DNA of 64,000 nt from Macrostomum hystrix. Lineage: Eukaryota > Animalia > Platyhelminthes. The position numbers and the translations under genes were made by a program. Below are positions 1 through 12,590 of the stretch, piece by piece (position 1 is the stretch's first letter; every line of letters begins with the position of its first letter). Location: contig CATNEN010000038.1 of the NCBI GenBank assembly GCA_950097015.1, positions 4,712,001 through 4,776,000 of the forward strand, read 5' to 3'. The notes below the pieces were generated by a model. It was not told the origin of the DNA, did not search any database, and worked only from the letters and a program-made list of their open reading frames with translations.

Positions 1-202
1 TCCAATTAGGGGAAAGGAAGGGATCTAGGTAATTTTGGGGATCAGAGCCGAAGGATATTGTTTAGGGTCAATTTTTAGGGATCAGGGAAAACATGAAAGC
101 CTAGTTTGGGGATCTGGATAGATCAGCGAAGGCGTATGTTTGAGTTAATGATCAGGAAAGTGCCAAGTTCAGTTAAAAGACATTTCTTGCATCTTCCCGC
201 AG

Positions 203-1206
203 GCACTCGAGGTCAACAATCTGCGCCGTCAGATCGCCCACGCTTTTGAAGCTGTCGACTCTGAGAAATCTAGCTGTCGCCGTTTGGAAGCTGAACGCTC
301 CCGGTTGCTAGGCAACAGCAACGCCGATGACAATAAATCTTCGGTCGAGCATCTGAAACTAGCGTTGGAGGAGGCGCGCATGGCTCTGAGCGAGCAGCGT
401 CGGTCAACGTGTCGAATTCGGTTGCAGTCGGAGCAGCTGGCTGGCCGGCTGGACGACGCGATGGAGCCAGAGGCTCAGAGGCTGCGTGAACAGATGCAGG
501 CACTGCAGGAGAGAAGAGACGAATTACTGGTAACTAACTTTCCTATTTAAGCTTTCACCGCACTTTCTTGATCCTCTGATTCGATGGATTATAAAAAAAT
601 CCTCAGATAAAACGTCTGTCTATTCTTTAATCTTTATTCTTAGGTTTAACACCTGTAGATTCTAAATCCTCCAGTTAACCGCCTGGCCATTTTAATCGTC
701 AGATAAAACACCTGTCCATTCTTAAGCCCTAATCTGAATTCCTTATCATCACTCTAATACCTGTCCAATTTACAAAATAGTTAAATTGCAATTCACACCT
801 GCAGGCTGAGCAGCAGCAGCAGTTTCTGCTGATGCAGATCGGCAGCAACAGCCAGTCTCTAGAAGCAGTCTCTGATTCAACAACAGCCGCGTCCTCCGTC
901 AGAGCCGATCAGGTTGAGGAAGACGCGGATGTTGAGCAGCAGGTTCTGCTAGTTCGCATCCAATGCGGCCAATGGGAATCGGCCATTGCGGCTGCCAACG
1001 CTGAAATCAAAAGCCTGTGCGGCCGCCTTGACCAATTGGATGCATCCATCATGCGTCACAAGCTGGCTCCACTATCCAATGCTCTTCATATTAATCAGAG
1101 TAATAGAGTAACAGGATCGACAAAGTTTGATTTTGCATTGTCTGATGAGCCTGTGCCGCCGGACACTCCAGGCAGTAGGTTTATGGCCAGACAGAGGAAC
1201 CTTTGA
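203..1206 (+). CDS. 3' exons of a coiled-coil protein (exons 203-529 and 805-1206; 5' part lies outside the window)
   Basis: Acceptor ttcccgcag|203, donor ctg|gtaact at 530, acceptor cctgcag|805. Both exons are open in phase 0 (ALEVNNLRRQIAHAF...RDELL + AEQQQQFLLMQ...QRNL*) and are heptad-rich. Confidence 0.65.
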
Positions 1207-2429
1207 AAGTTCATCGTATGAATCAACGTTTCCGCCCTTTACGATGAACTTAATTTCATAACTGTCTCAGTCAGGCAGTCAGCATCGTCGATGTATTCAG
1301 CGATTCGTTTCGAAGATCCTGGTGACAATAAGAACTAACGTTGCTCTTTATAAAAACAAAAAATATGAACAATATGTTACAGGAAAATAGCCGACATGGT
1401 TATAATTAATAACTGCCAGAGGGCAGTTATTGCCCAGAGGGCAGGGCAATAACTGCCAGAGACCGACCCCCTAGCCGACATGGTTACGTAATGAATGTTT
1501 TGTGGGCAGAGAAGTTATGCCTATATTGGTATTTTTTGCCACCAGTCACCCTGACGAGAATCGTTGAACATCTCGACGATGCCAATGTTTTGTGGAAGTT
1601 GTTTCATCGGAGAGAGCGGGAAATTGTAGCCCCTATTCCGGATTTCCATGACGATTTGTTGAGTACTTTAGGTTGTTGAGCAATTTCTCCCGTGATGTTT
1701 CTACTCTTAAAAATAGTTCCAAGTTTCTTGTGCTGTTTACCCATTTTTGTCGTTGTGTTTGAATGCTGAGCATTCGGTGTGATGTATATATATAAAGGTG
1801 CCACGTTTTTTTTATTCTGCTTCTCTGTGAGCAGATCAACTCGCAGCTGGAACTCGTGTTAGGTCGCTTTTTTGTCTACTCTTTTACAAAGGTTCTTTTA
1901 TTTGTAGAGTCTTTCTTTATTTCTAAAGTCGTTTTTTAACCGACTACTTAGATAGCTCTGAATTCACAATCTGAAGCAACTAGTCTCGCAAAACGCACAT
2001 GGCTGACTTATCCCAATGGTCAGATTACTGAAGAATTTTCTTCCACTCGTACCCTCTCCTTTCTGTCTCTTATGTACTCGGAGATCACACAGTGTACACT
2101 CTCGGTGTGTGAAAGAGAAAAAAGGCCGGGCGGAATTCCCCGAGCTAAAAATAGCCCTTGTGTTCGGGACTTTAATTGACAGAAAAAAATGGAAGGCAAA
2201 AGCACCTTTATGCGTCTCTGCATTCTTACGCTTCATGCATGCTTCCCCTGATAAGCACTTGTTTAAAAAATGACACAATAAACGAATTGTCACTGAGTGA
2301 CACCTTTTTAGTTTTTTTTCTAATTACAAAATTTGTATTTTGACTTTTTACTTGCGCTTTAACATTGAGTAGTTAACATTAGCCCGTTAATTGCCTATTC
2401 AAAATTTACTCATACCAAACTCAGCGCCT

Positions 2430-3090
2430 TCCTTATCCTCTATTCAGCCTCTCTCATCCTCTATCCAGTCTGTCATCCTCTATCCCGTCTTTATCATCCT
2501 CTATCCAGTCTCTATCATCATATATTTAGTCTGTCATCCTCTATCCAGTCTCTATCATCCTCTATTCAGCCTCTGTCATCCTCTATCCAGTCTCTCTCAT
2601 CCTTATCCAGTCTCTGTCATCCTCTATCCAGTCTCTATCATCCTCCATCCAGTCTCTATCATCCTATATTTAGTCTCTGTCATCCTCTATCCAGTCTCTA
2701 TCATCCTCTATCCAGTCTCTGTCATCCTATATTTAGTCTCTGTCATCCTCTATCCAGTCTCTATCATCCTCTATCCAGTCTCTGTCATCCTCTATCCAGT
2801 CTCTCTCATCCTCTATCCAGTCTCTGTCATCCTCTATCCAGTCTCTATCATCCTATATTTAGTCTCTGTCATCCTCTATCCAGTCTCTATCATCCTTTAT
2901 TTAGCCTCTGTCATCCTCTATCCAGTCTCTATCATCCTCTATCCAGTCTCTATCATCCTATATTTAGTCTGTCATCCTCTATCCAGTCTATGTCATCCTC
3001 TATACAGTCTCACTCATCCTATATTTAGTCTCTGTCATCCTCTATCCAGTCTCACTCATCCTATATTTAGTCTCTGTCATCCCCTATCCA
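2430..3090. repeat. 21-bp minisatellite (tcatcctctatccagtctctg)n
   Basis: About 30 tandem variant copies are visible. They explain the spurious 247-aa ORF. Confidence 0.95.
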
Positions 3091-3912
3091 ACCTCTCTCT
3101 CAACCTTCATGCAGTAGCCTTTTCTTCAGTCTAAATCTTTCATATTTATAGGTTAAATATAATCGTTTAATAGAGCTGTATTATAGAGATAGGGACAATA
3201 GTTTGCAAAACAATGGTCTAGCCAATCACATTCTTTGATTCCCGCTCGTGTATTTGTATATATATATAAGAACCATTTTAAGCAAATTTTTTATCACAGT
3301 TTTAAACACAACGCGATAAAAATTATTGGCATTCAATCTATGTAGCGTTTACACATTAGATATTTAGTATTGGTGGATTAAATCGTTGTTTTTAGAAGCG
3401 TTAATAGCATATAATAGCATGCCTATAATAGCATAATAGCAAGGAATTGCCACGGAATTTGCCGTGGCACTTCCAAGGCCAATCCGCGGCTCACCCAGGG
3501 AGTACCCGCGAAGTACTTGCATTCAAAGAGTGTACACTTCAAATGTGAATTCACTGTACATATTGAGAGATTGCTAGTTCCTCACCATTGTTGTTAAATT
3601 CAAGCATATAAGGACATATTGGGGATTATATGAAAGCCGGTAGAATTCACAGCACGGATTTTATTTTTCATAGCCATCTTGAATTTTGAAGGGGCTGTGC
3701 AGACCATTGCGGCATGTCTAGCCTCTTCATTCTTAGGCAGTCCAAGTACTGTACTTATTTATGCAAAACAGCTTGTGACAAGGTAGTACCTAGTAGAAAG
3801 GGCTGGATTGTTCCTAGTAAAAGCCTCATAACAAATAAGGGTAAACTATGTAAATCTGGTTGTGATATTACTCTAAAGCAGTTCCACGGACTTTCCGAAT
3901 TCGCAGCGCTGA

Positions 3913-5574
3913 ATGTCGACCCCCGGGCTGTCCGAGAAGGCCGCGCTGGCCCAGCCGGCTGACGAGAAGGCGGTGCCGTCGCACCTCCGCTGCAACAGCT
4001 GCGCCAGGCCGCTGTTTAACGCCTTCCAGACTCCGCATGGCTGCCGCATCTGCCAGGCCTGCGTGCTGAGCAAGCTGCACCCCACCGAGAGACGCCTCTG
4101 TCCGGGCACCACCGAGGCCTGCAAAGACCAGGACGAGGAGATCTCCATCTGCCAGTCCAGCTGCCTTCCAGACATTGCCACGAGGCGGGAGATCAGCAAG
4201 CTGACCGTGTTCTGTCCAAACAGAGACGACGGCTGCAAGGAGCAGGTGAAATGGCGGGATGTGGACTCTCACCTGGAGAACTGCGACTACGAGAAAGTGA
4301 GCTGCGAGCAATGTCGGGACTCGGTGCTGAAGAAGCGAATGAAAGCTCACCTCGGTAACGAGTGCCGGCAACGTCGAGTGACTTGCAAGGACTGTCACCA
4401 AACTGTGGTGTTTAGCGAAATGGACAAGGTCCACAGGAACCTTGACTCGGCCGCTTGCTGTCCAGCTTTCAGCGCTATTTGTCCGTTTTGCAAAGACAAA
4501 AGCAAGAAGCTCAATCGCAAAGAATTCGTTGAGCACCTGAAGCTCTGTCCAGACAAGCCGAACGACTGCAAGTACAGCCACTTGGGTTGCGACTTGAGGG
4601 CCAGGAAGTCGGAACTGGAGAAGCACTACAAAGAAGACACCGACCAACACTTGTCGATGATGGACTTAAAACTGAGGCAGCTAGGATCTGGATCCGGACC
4701 TGCTCCGAACTTTAACCCTACTGGCTCACTGACCGTACCTGTTGTAGGTTCCGCGGTTGTGAGCAGTAGCGAGCTTGAAGACGTTAAGCGCAAGGTGAAC
4801 AATATTCACGAGCATTTTAAGAAGCTCCAGGTGAATGTAGCAAACTGGGCTCACACAACTCTGGAGTTTGAGCAGATGGCAGACAAATTCGGTGGTATAA
4901 CACAGTTGCGGCAGTTTTTAAAGAATTTGGACGAAAAAATCAGCAGGATGGAAAACTCCGGCAGCGACGGAAGCAGCCGCAGGGCCGGAGCCAGTTCTGA
5001 CGTCTCGGTTGACTCAACTACATCCGCGGTGCAGCAGAAGTTAAATGAAATTGAATTCAGGCTTCTAAATCTGGAGGTCACAAACTATGACGGATTTTTA
5101 GTGTGGAAGGTGAATAACTTGTCCAAGCGCAGACGGGAGGCCACAGACAAGAGGGTTATCAGCATCTTCTCGCAGCCATTCTTTTCTCGGCACTTTGGCT
5201 TCATGTTCAGAGTGCGTCTGTTTCTGAATGGCAACGAGTCCGGCGAGGGCACCCACGTGTCCGTGTACCTCGTGGTCATGCAGCACGAGTTCGATGAGAT
5301 TCAGGAGTGGCCGCTGAAGGCTGCCGTGTCGTTCAAGATGGTCAATCTGAAAAACAGAGCAGACGACGTCTCAAAGACTGTGCGATTCGACTCTGGCAAC
5401 CAGCGACCGTCAAGTCGCGAAGATCTGTCCGTGTGCTGCGGCGAGGCAAAGTTCATCAGCATCAACCAGCTGGAGAACTCTGATCGATTCGTCAAGAATG
5501 ACAGCTTCTACATTGAAGTGGAAGTCAACGTTGATGGCGAAGGTGCCCAGGGACGAAGGACCAGACGGAAATAA
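3913..5574 (+). CDS. TRAF-family protein (variant RING, TRAF zinc fingers, coiled coil, MATH/TRAF-C), 553 aa, intronless CDS
   Basis: CNSC..HGC..CQAC RING, CPN..GC...HL..C zinc fingers, and YDGFLVWKVNN..SQPFF..RLFLNGNESGEGTHVSVYLVVM..EWP..FVKNDSFYIEV MATH signature. Confidence 0.95.
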   Translation: MSTPGLSEKAALAQPADEKAVPSHLRCNSCARPLFNAFQTPHGCRICQACVLSKLHPTERRLCPGTTEACKDQDEEISICQSSCLPDIATRREISKLTVFCPNRDDGCKEQVKWRDVDSHLENCDYEKVSCEQCRDSVLKKRMKAHLGNECRQRRVTCKDCHQTVVFSEMDKVHRNLDSAACCPAFSAICPFCKDKSKKLNRKEFVEHLKLCPDKPNDCKYSHLGCDLRARKSELEKHYKEDTDQHLSMMDLKLRQLGSGSGPAPNFNPTGSLTVPVVGSAVVSSSELEDVKRKVNNIHEHFKKLQVNVANWAHTTLEFEQMADKFGGITQLRQFLKNLDEKISRMENSGSDGSSRRAGASSDVSVDSTTSAVQQKLNEIEFRLLNLEVTNYDGFLVWKVNNLSKRRREATDKRVISIFSQPFFSRHFGFMFRVRLFLNGNESGEGTHVSVYLVVMQHEFDEIQEWPLKAAVSFKMVNLKNRADDVSKTVRFDSGNQRPSSREDLSVCCGEAKFISINQLENSDRFVKNDSFYIEVEVNVDGEGAQGRRTRRK

Positions 5575-6743
5575 ATTTGATGGTGTTCTCTAACTGCGAA
5601 GTTTTAATTTTGTTTGTTTTCGCTTTATTCAATTTCTTTTAGATCCGCAAGAAGTTCAGAGCATTTTTTAGTTTCGATAAAACACCGTCTTTACCAGGAT
5701 TCTTTGTGACACATTCAAACTCAAGCAGAGAAATTCCCATTAACTATACTCATAAAAACCGTAACCTGATAATTCTTAGAACGAGCTAACAAAAGGAAAT
5801 GTAGTTGTAAATTGGTTAATAATTTGCATGGTTTTGCATGCTAGCACAATTCGGTTATTACTAGCTCGTAGTACTTTTACCTATGATTCTATAATTGCCA
5901 TTTTTATGTAAATTCAAAATTCAAATGTAATACTCTGATCATATGATGCGTAATTATCAATGCTTTTAGTTAAAATGATTAAATTTTTTCCATTAAAAAA
6001 CCCTAACTAGCACGTCATTCATCACAGCAAAATTGATAATACCATTGTTAACGTGTAAGCTCATTATAAAGCTTGCATTGTGTGTGTTTATTTTGGCATC
6101 CGAATAAAATTTATCAGAAGTCGAAAACTTCATTACGCTACGTTGTAGTACTTTGGCTACTTGACATGCCTTCATGTCTGATTAATTATAGACAGACGTT
6201 TCAGAAAGCTGAATTTAGTTGTTCGTGTTTGTTTCTTGCTGTGCCGTGACTGGGATAGGACTGTCAGGTATTATCTGATTAGAAGCCAAAGGTTCTGGCT
6301 ATCTCAAGGCACCAATTCAGTCACGAATATCTCATGCACAAAAAAGAACTTTTTTTTGTTGAGGTACTACCGTTTTCTAAAGAGGCTATACATAAAGAAG
6401 ATACCTTTAACTGGTCACTTTGGTCGTCTTTAAGATAATGTACTAGTCAAACGTACGTATCATAAAAACGGTATAAAAAGTAATACGAGCGTACCTGTTA
6501 TCCAAATGCATGTGATGAATAAACAACAGTAAACTTTATTTAAAGAATGTTTTGGATGGGTTCATTCTGACTGAACAGCCAACAAGTCACTGTTGAATGT
6601 AATGTATAAATATATTAAACAGCAGACAGGTAAGTAAGCAGAACTGAAGTATATAGCACGCAATAGCTAACAGTTTTTTCATGCATATGCATAACACAAA
6701 CTGATGAAATGCCACCGGGTGCCATTGAGGTGCAGCCATTGCG

Positions 6744-9700
6744 TCACGCGTTGTCATCCTCGTCGCTGCTGTCTTTGGCCAGGCTGCCGAGAACCTCCGA
6801 TGGCACTGGCAGTGCGGCGATCTCAATGTTGGCTCCGTCTGAAAAATAAAGATTTTTGTCAGCCTGATTATATCCCTACTTTAACTAGGAACATGGACAA
6901 GACTGGCACAGAAACTTAATTTCCTAGCTAGTCCTAGCAACAAGTTTACATCTGCGTGAAATTAAATAATAATTAATAATTAATTAGCCGACAGCACAGC
7001 CATTGCGCGGCCCATCTGAAGGCTGCGTACAGCTGTTCAGTCCATGGACAGGGGAAACACCACACCCACCTTTAATATTACTTCAAGTGTCTTGCTAAAG
7101 AACACAAATTGTTCCAACGGAGTCGGGAATCGAACCACCGACCTTTAAGTCGTTAGTCTGACGCTCTAACTAAAAGGCTACAGCCTCTTCTGAAACATTG
7201 TGAACTGAAACAATCGACCATGTCAGTTTCACATGGACTGGGGTTCGAACTACTGACCTACCCCTTATGAGCGCCCACATACTAGTAAATCCAATTAACT
7301 CACCATCGCTATGATCGCCGGCCTCCTCCAGCACCTCGCCTTGTCCATCAGCCGCCTCTCCCTCTTCGCTATCGTCGTCACCGTCGTCCGCGATGTTCAG
7401 CTCCTCCGGATTGTTGCTTCCGTTGCCATTAGCAGCGGCTGAGGCAGCCTGGTTCCGTACAACACCAGCAGGCTGTTCCTGGTCTTTGCCGCGAACAAAC
7501 AGGATGCCCTTCGGCTGCGGAGGCTGCTGCTGCTGCTTCTCCAGGCTGCGCATCGGGTCCATTGGCTCGTCGGCCTCATCGGTAGCGGCGGCTGAAGCGG
7601 CTGCCGCTGCCGCTGAATAGTTCAACTGCGTGCTGAAGGCGGCAGTGACTGAGCGCTTGACTCGGAGCATCTCGCGCAGGGTCTCCTCGCTGCCGTTGGC
7701 GATCTCGAACTCCTGCCAGGCCTGCCAGAAGCGCTGGTGCAGGCGCGGGTCGCACATCTGGGCGCAGTAGGCGTAGACAGCCCTGGCTCGATCCGTTTCG
7801 CCCAGTCGGGTCTCCAGTTCGGCGAAGCGCAGGCAGAATTCGCGAGCCTCCGCGTCTGGCAGGGCCTCGATGGCCTTCTCGTAGACGGCGCGGGTGTGCG
7901 TGACGCCGAGCAGTTCGGCCACGCGGTTGATGTAGATGTTGAACATGGGGGCGCGCTGGTCCGCAGGCAGGCGATCAAGCGCCCTCTCGTACACATTCAT
8001 GGCCCTCTTGGCCAGGCCGTGCTCCTCCTCCAGCTTGGCGTAGAGCAGGTAGAACGGGCGGGACAGCTCAGCCGGGCAGTGCTCAAGGCACTGCTCAAAC
8101 AGGTCGCGAGCTCGCTCCAGCTTGGCGCCGCCGTAGCGATCCGAGAAGCGAATCAGGTAGGTCTTCCACAGCTCCTCCACGTTCGGCCATTTGAATAGGG
8201 CGATGCCACGCTCGTACACCTGATAGGTGGGTGAGAAAAAATAGGGTCGTTTCAACTCAGACTAGCAATGGCCCTCTAAACTGTCTCTTGATTTCCATTC
8301 TAAAATTTCCCTAAACGTCTAGAGAAATTTTTATGTCTATTTCTTACAATCTCTAGATACAATCCGAATTTTATCCGAAGTTGTCTAAACTTATCCCTAG
8401 ATGTCTAAACTTATCCCCAGATGTCTAAACTTATCCCTAGATGTCTAAACTTATCCCTAGATGTCTAAACTTATCCTAGAATGTCCAAACTAACTCTTAG
8501 ATTTGCACATCGACTCACCCGGAAAGAGTCCTCAAAGTAGGCGTTCTCCTCCAGCATGACAGCGTAGTTGATGACAATCTGCGGCGTGGCGATCTGCAGG
8601 TCCAGCATCCGGTCGTAGGCAGCCCTGGCTGTAGCCAGCGTGCCGAAGGACTCCTCCAGATCCACGTAGAATGACCACAGCTTCAGGGACTTGTGCAGCC
8701 GTGCCTGCACAGACTCGGACCGGTCGTAGAAGTCCACCTTGTGGGAGGGCGGCGCGGCCGCTTTGGCCAGCAGGGCGAGGGCCTTCTCTGGCGGGCCGTG
8801 CCGCAGCTCCAGCTCAGCCCACTGGCACCAGACGTAGGCCAAGTCGTCCACGGTTCTGAAGGAGGGGACAGTTTAGAGAAGTATGGGATAATTTAGAAAC
8901 CGAAAGGGATCATCTAGAAAGCTGGGGATTATTTGTAAAATGGGAACCTTCGGATTTATGGGGATTATTTGGGAACTATGGAGATTATTTGGGAACTATG
9001 GGGAATATTTGGGAACTTTGGGGATTATTTGGGAACTATTGGGAATATTCGTGAACTATGGGGAATATTTGGGAACTATGGGGAATATTTGTGAACTATG
9101 GGGAATATTTGGGAACTATGGGGAATATTTGGGAACTATGGGGAATATTTGGGAACTATGGGGAATATTTGGGAACTATGGGGAATATTTGTGAACTATG
9201 GGGAATATTTGTGAACTATGGGGAATATTTGGGAACTATGGGGAATATTTGTGAACTATGGGGAATATTTGTGAACTATGGGGAATATTTGTGAACTATG
9301 GGGAATATTTGTGAACTATGGGGAATATTTGTGAACTATGGGGAATATTTGGGAACTATGGGGAATATTCGTGAACTATGGGGAATATTTGGGAACTATG
9401 GGGAATATTTGTGAACTATAGGGAATATTTGTGAGCTATGGGGAATATTAGGAAATTATGGGTATTATTTGTGGACTCTAAGAACTTTTTCAGGTCGGTG
9501 GGATTATTTGGGAATCGAGGAAAAAACCGATGTGGTCATACGTAAGTTAAATTGTGTTGCTTGAAAAACGGTGTCTATGATTTTTAAACTGTATAGATAC
9601 TAAACGGAAAGGATACTTAGACATGAATTTATAATTATTTAAGGGAAGGGATTTCGTCGAAACCGAGAGGATTTTCAGAACACGATGAGATATTAATGGA

Positions 9701-12125
9701 CTGGGGAAAAATTCATTTGCTAACAATCCGAAATAAACGAATTAGGGAGGCTAAAAAGTCCAACCTGTGATCAGCGGCCGTCGCCTTCTCCATAACAGTC
9801 CTGGCATCGTCCAGCTGACCGTGCCTCTCGTAAAACTTGGCAAACTCTGTCCACAGAGAGCAGGCCCTGCCAGCCGTGGCCTTGTGCGGGTCCACAGTCT
9901 TCACGGCCTCCATGTAGGCGCCGATCTGTTCGGCCGGCCGGTCAGCCAGCAGCTGCACCCGCTTGTGCCACTCCGGCACGCAGTGGGGATTCTGGCGCAG
10001 CAGCACGGAATTAAGCAGAAGCGGCCGGCGTTCAATCAGGTGCTCAAACCTGAGCATAGCCAGGTCCGACTCAAGGGCCTCCTCCGAGTTGCCCGCATCT
10101 TCGGCGTCCTCGGCGCTTTGCTCCATGAGTTGGCGCACCAGACCCTCCTCAAATTCGGCCGACGCGTCGAATACCTGGCTGAAGTCGCGCACCGTGGTTA
10201 CGGTTGCTAGGGCCTCTTCAAACACGTCCCTGGTTAGGGAAGAAGACCATCATTAGTTAAAAATATGGGATCATTGAATGCCAATATGGGATCAGTTGGT
10301 CATTTTACGGGATCAGTTGATTACAATATGGGATCAGTTGATTAAAATATAGGATCAGTTGATTACAATGTGGAATCAGTTGATTACAATATAGGATCAG
10401 TTGATTACAATATAGGATCAGTTGATTACAATATAGGATCAGTTGATTACAATATGGGATCAATGAATTACAATATGGGATCAGTGAAATACAGTATGGG
10501 ATCAGTGAAATACAATATGGGATCAGTGAAATACAATATGGGATCAGTTGATTACAATATGGGATCAATGAATTACAATATGGGATCAGTGAAATACAGT
10601 ATGGGATCAGTGAAATACAGTATGGGATCAGTGAAATACAGTATGGGATCTGTAAAATACAGTATGGGATCAGAGAAATTCAATGCGTGCTCATTAATTT
10701 TACTATAGGATCAGTAAAATTAGCGGTCTCACCTGGCCCTGCTGATATTGCCAGCCCTGAGGTGCCACTCAGCCAGGGCGGTCCACAGCCGGCCAACCTG
10801 ATCAGTGTAGCGACTGATGCCCTGCCGGATGATGGCCTCGGCGTTGACACTGGTGACCTCCAGCGGGTTGTGGGACAGCAGGCTGCACAACTCCTGCCAG
10901 AGGGCGTGCTTGGACTTGCCGCGCGAACTCTGGAAATTGTCGTCGTTGATCACGGCCACCAGGTTGGCCACGGCCTCATCTAGCCGGCGGTGCTCAAGCA
11001 GGAAGTCGACGAACTCTTCGCGGCCCTCCGGTCTGTAGCGAATGTAGCGCCGCATAACTCGCAGGGCGGTCTCAAGGCAGCCGTGCTGGGCGTGCAGGCG
11101 AACCAGGCGCAGGTATGGAGGCCACAGCCGATCGTGCTGGGTCAGAGGCAGAGAGCGCAGGGCGCGGTCGAATGCGCGGCGAGCTTCCGTGACGCGGCCC
11201 TGTCTAAATCATTTTATGAGGAAAATAACAATAATGCGAAGACCCTGGTGACAAGGAAGAATAACGCTGCTCTTGTATAAACATAATCATAAAATAGTCA
11301 ACAATAGTAGCCCACATTGCGATATGATGAAATTCTGTGAGCAGAAACTGTTAGCCTATTTCTATGGTTTTCCACGCAAGACATCCTTTTTTGGGACATG
11401 GAGACAAAATTAAAATGTGGATATTAGAAATACCTCCCCTAGTCTTCTTACTTTTAACAGCAAATATTGGAGGGTGAGAGGTAGAGCGCAGCCTTCCGCA
11501 CCAACTTTTCTTGAGCTTGATTCCACGGCGAAGCTGCATTGTTTTAAAAGGCTAAGTGGCTTGTGGAGCGATTTACACCCTCGAGGGTCAGCTTCCAAGG
11601 AACAGTGAGAGTACACTGCCAGACAATGAGAAAGCCGGGCAGATGTACACACCTGTGAGAGCAACTAGGTACACAACTAGTGTGAGCACATACCTAGTTA
11701 GGAAGTGAGGGTGAGAACTAGTGTGAGCACATACCTAGTTAGGAAGTGAGGGTGAGAACTAGTGTGAGCACATACCTAGTTAGGAAGCGGCAGTAATCCA
11801 GCCAGACGCGGGGCATCTTGTGCATGTGAACCAGCGCCCGCTCGTGGGCCGCATTCGCCGCGGCAAGCTCAGCAAGGAAGTCGGCCTCGGCAACGTCGGG
11901 AGAGTCGCGCCTGGCGCGGGCCAGGCGGCGCCGGTAGCGCAGGTAGCGGTACCAGAGCTTGTAGCTGCCTGGCAGCTGCTTGACCGCCCGCTCATAGATC
12001 TGGCAGACCGCCGAAGCGCGCTGATTGCCGGACACCTTGTGATCAATGTAGCGCAGCCAGGACTTCACCGAGTAGGGATTCCGGATGATCTCCTCTTCGT
12101 ATGGCAGGTCATCTTCCTCCTGCAT
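6744..12125 (-). CDS. XAB2: Pre-mRNA splicing factor SYF1/XAB2 (HAT repeats); exons 12125(or 12119)-11776, 11203-10733, 10229-9765, 8855-8519, 8219-7304, 6838-6744
   Basis: EEDDLPYEEEIIRNPYSVKSWLRYI N-terminus, LLLNSVLLRQNPH, FKWPNV..W, and VPSEVLGSL C-terminus. All introns are GT-AG with consistent phases. The start is either aaaATG at 12125 or an unseen upstream exon spliced to cag|12119. Confidence 0.95.
6985..7185 (-). mobile_element. tRNA-derived SINE family A, copy in last SYF1 intron
   Basis: Shares gaaggctgcgtac.gctgttcagtccatggac and a tRNA-like B box (ggttcgattcc) with the 27783-28071 and 28568-28862 copies. Confidence 0.75.
8389..8480. repeat. 20-bp minisatellite (atgtctaaacttatccctag)n in SYF1 intron
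   Basis: 4-5 tandem copies. Confidence 0.9.
8950..9470. repeat. 20-bp minisatellite (gggaatatttgggaactatg)n in SYF1 intron
   Basis: About 25 tandem copies. Confidence 0.95.
10264..10712. repeat. 21-bp minisatellite (gggatcagttgattacaatat)n in SYF1 intron
   Basis: About 20 tandem copies filling nearly the whole intron. Confidence 0.95.
11675..11787. repeat. 41-bp tandem triplication containing the SYF1 5' splice site
   Basis: aactagtgtgagcacatacctagttaggaag starts at 11675, 11716 and 11757. Confidence 0.9.
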
Positions 12126-12250
12126 TTTAGGGCATAAAGTTATGTCATTGACCGAATATTTTGGCTTCAAATTTAATGAATCAATAAAACACGTTTTAGC
12201 TTAAGTAGGAAAGGCTTGCATTTAAACAACAATATGGGTTGCTTTAAAGG

Positions 12251-12590
12251 TAAGGTGGCAGATTGGTTAATGTGTTTGCCTTTCGCACCAAGGTCACTGA
12301 GCTCAATTCCACTGCAAGGCCAACATTCATTTGGGGTGCAGCCATAGAGAGGAGGCTCGGGGGCTTGCTGTACAATTTACCCCCTTGAGGGCCAAACTTC
12401 AAGGCACAGTGAAAGTGTACACTATCTTGACAATTAGAAAATCAAGACAGATATACTTGTATTTTTGCTATCAGTTCGCGTGTGTGCTCAGGAGTCAGCT
12501 GAATGGGCAGAATTGCCTCTATACTGGCTACAGGTCTAGTGTCACCAAATAATGTGCTATTGCCCACAGCCCTCCACAATAATTCCAAAA
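12251..12590 (+). mobile_element. tRNA-derived SINE family B (other copies at ~15510-15725 and ~30188-30500)
   Basis: tRNA-like head, then a shared body: aggccacattcatttgggg..ggagagaaggcttggggg..aggagtcag..aatgggcagaattgcctc..gtcaccaaat. Confidence 0.7.

Noticed and set aside
2391-3134. 247-aa hydrophobic ORF
   Set aside because: Translation of a 21-bp minisatellite.
3868-4650. Antisense ORFs over the TRAF genes (also 53220-53807)
   Set aside because: Shadow frames of the TRAF CDS, duplicated only because the DNA is duplicated.
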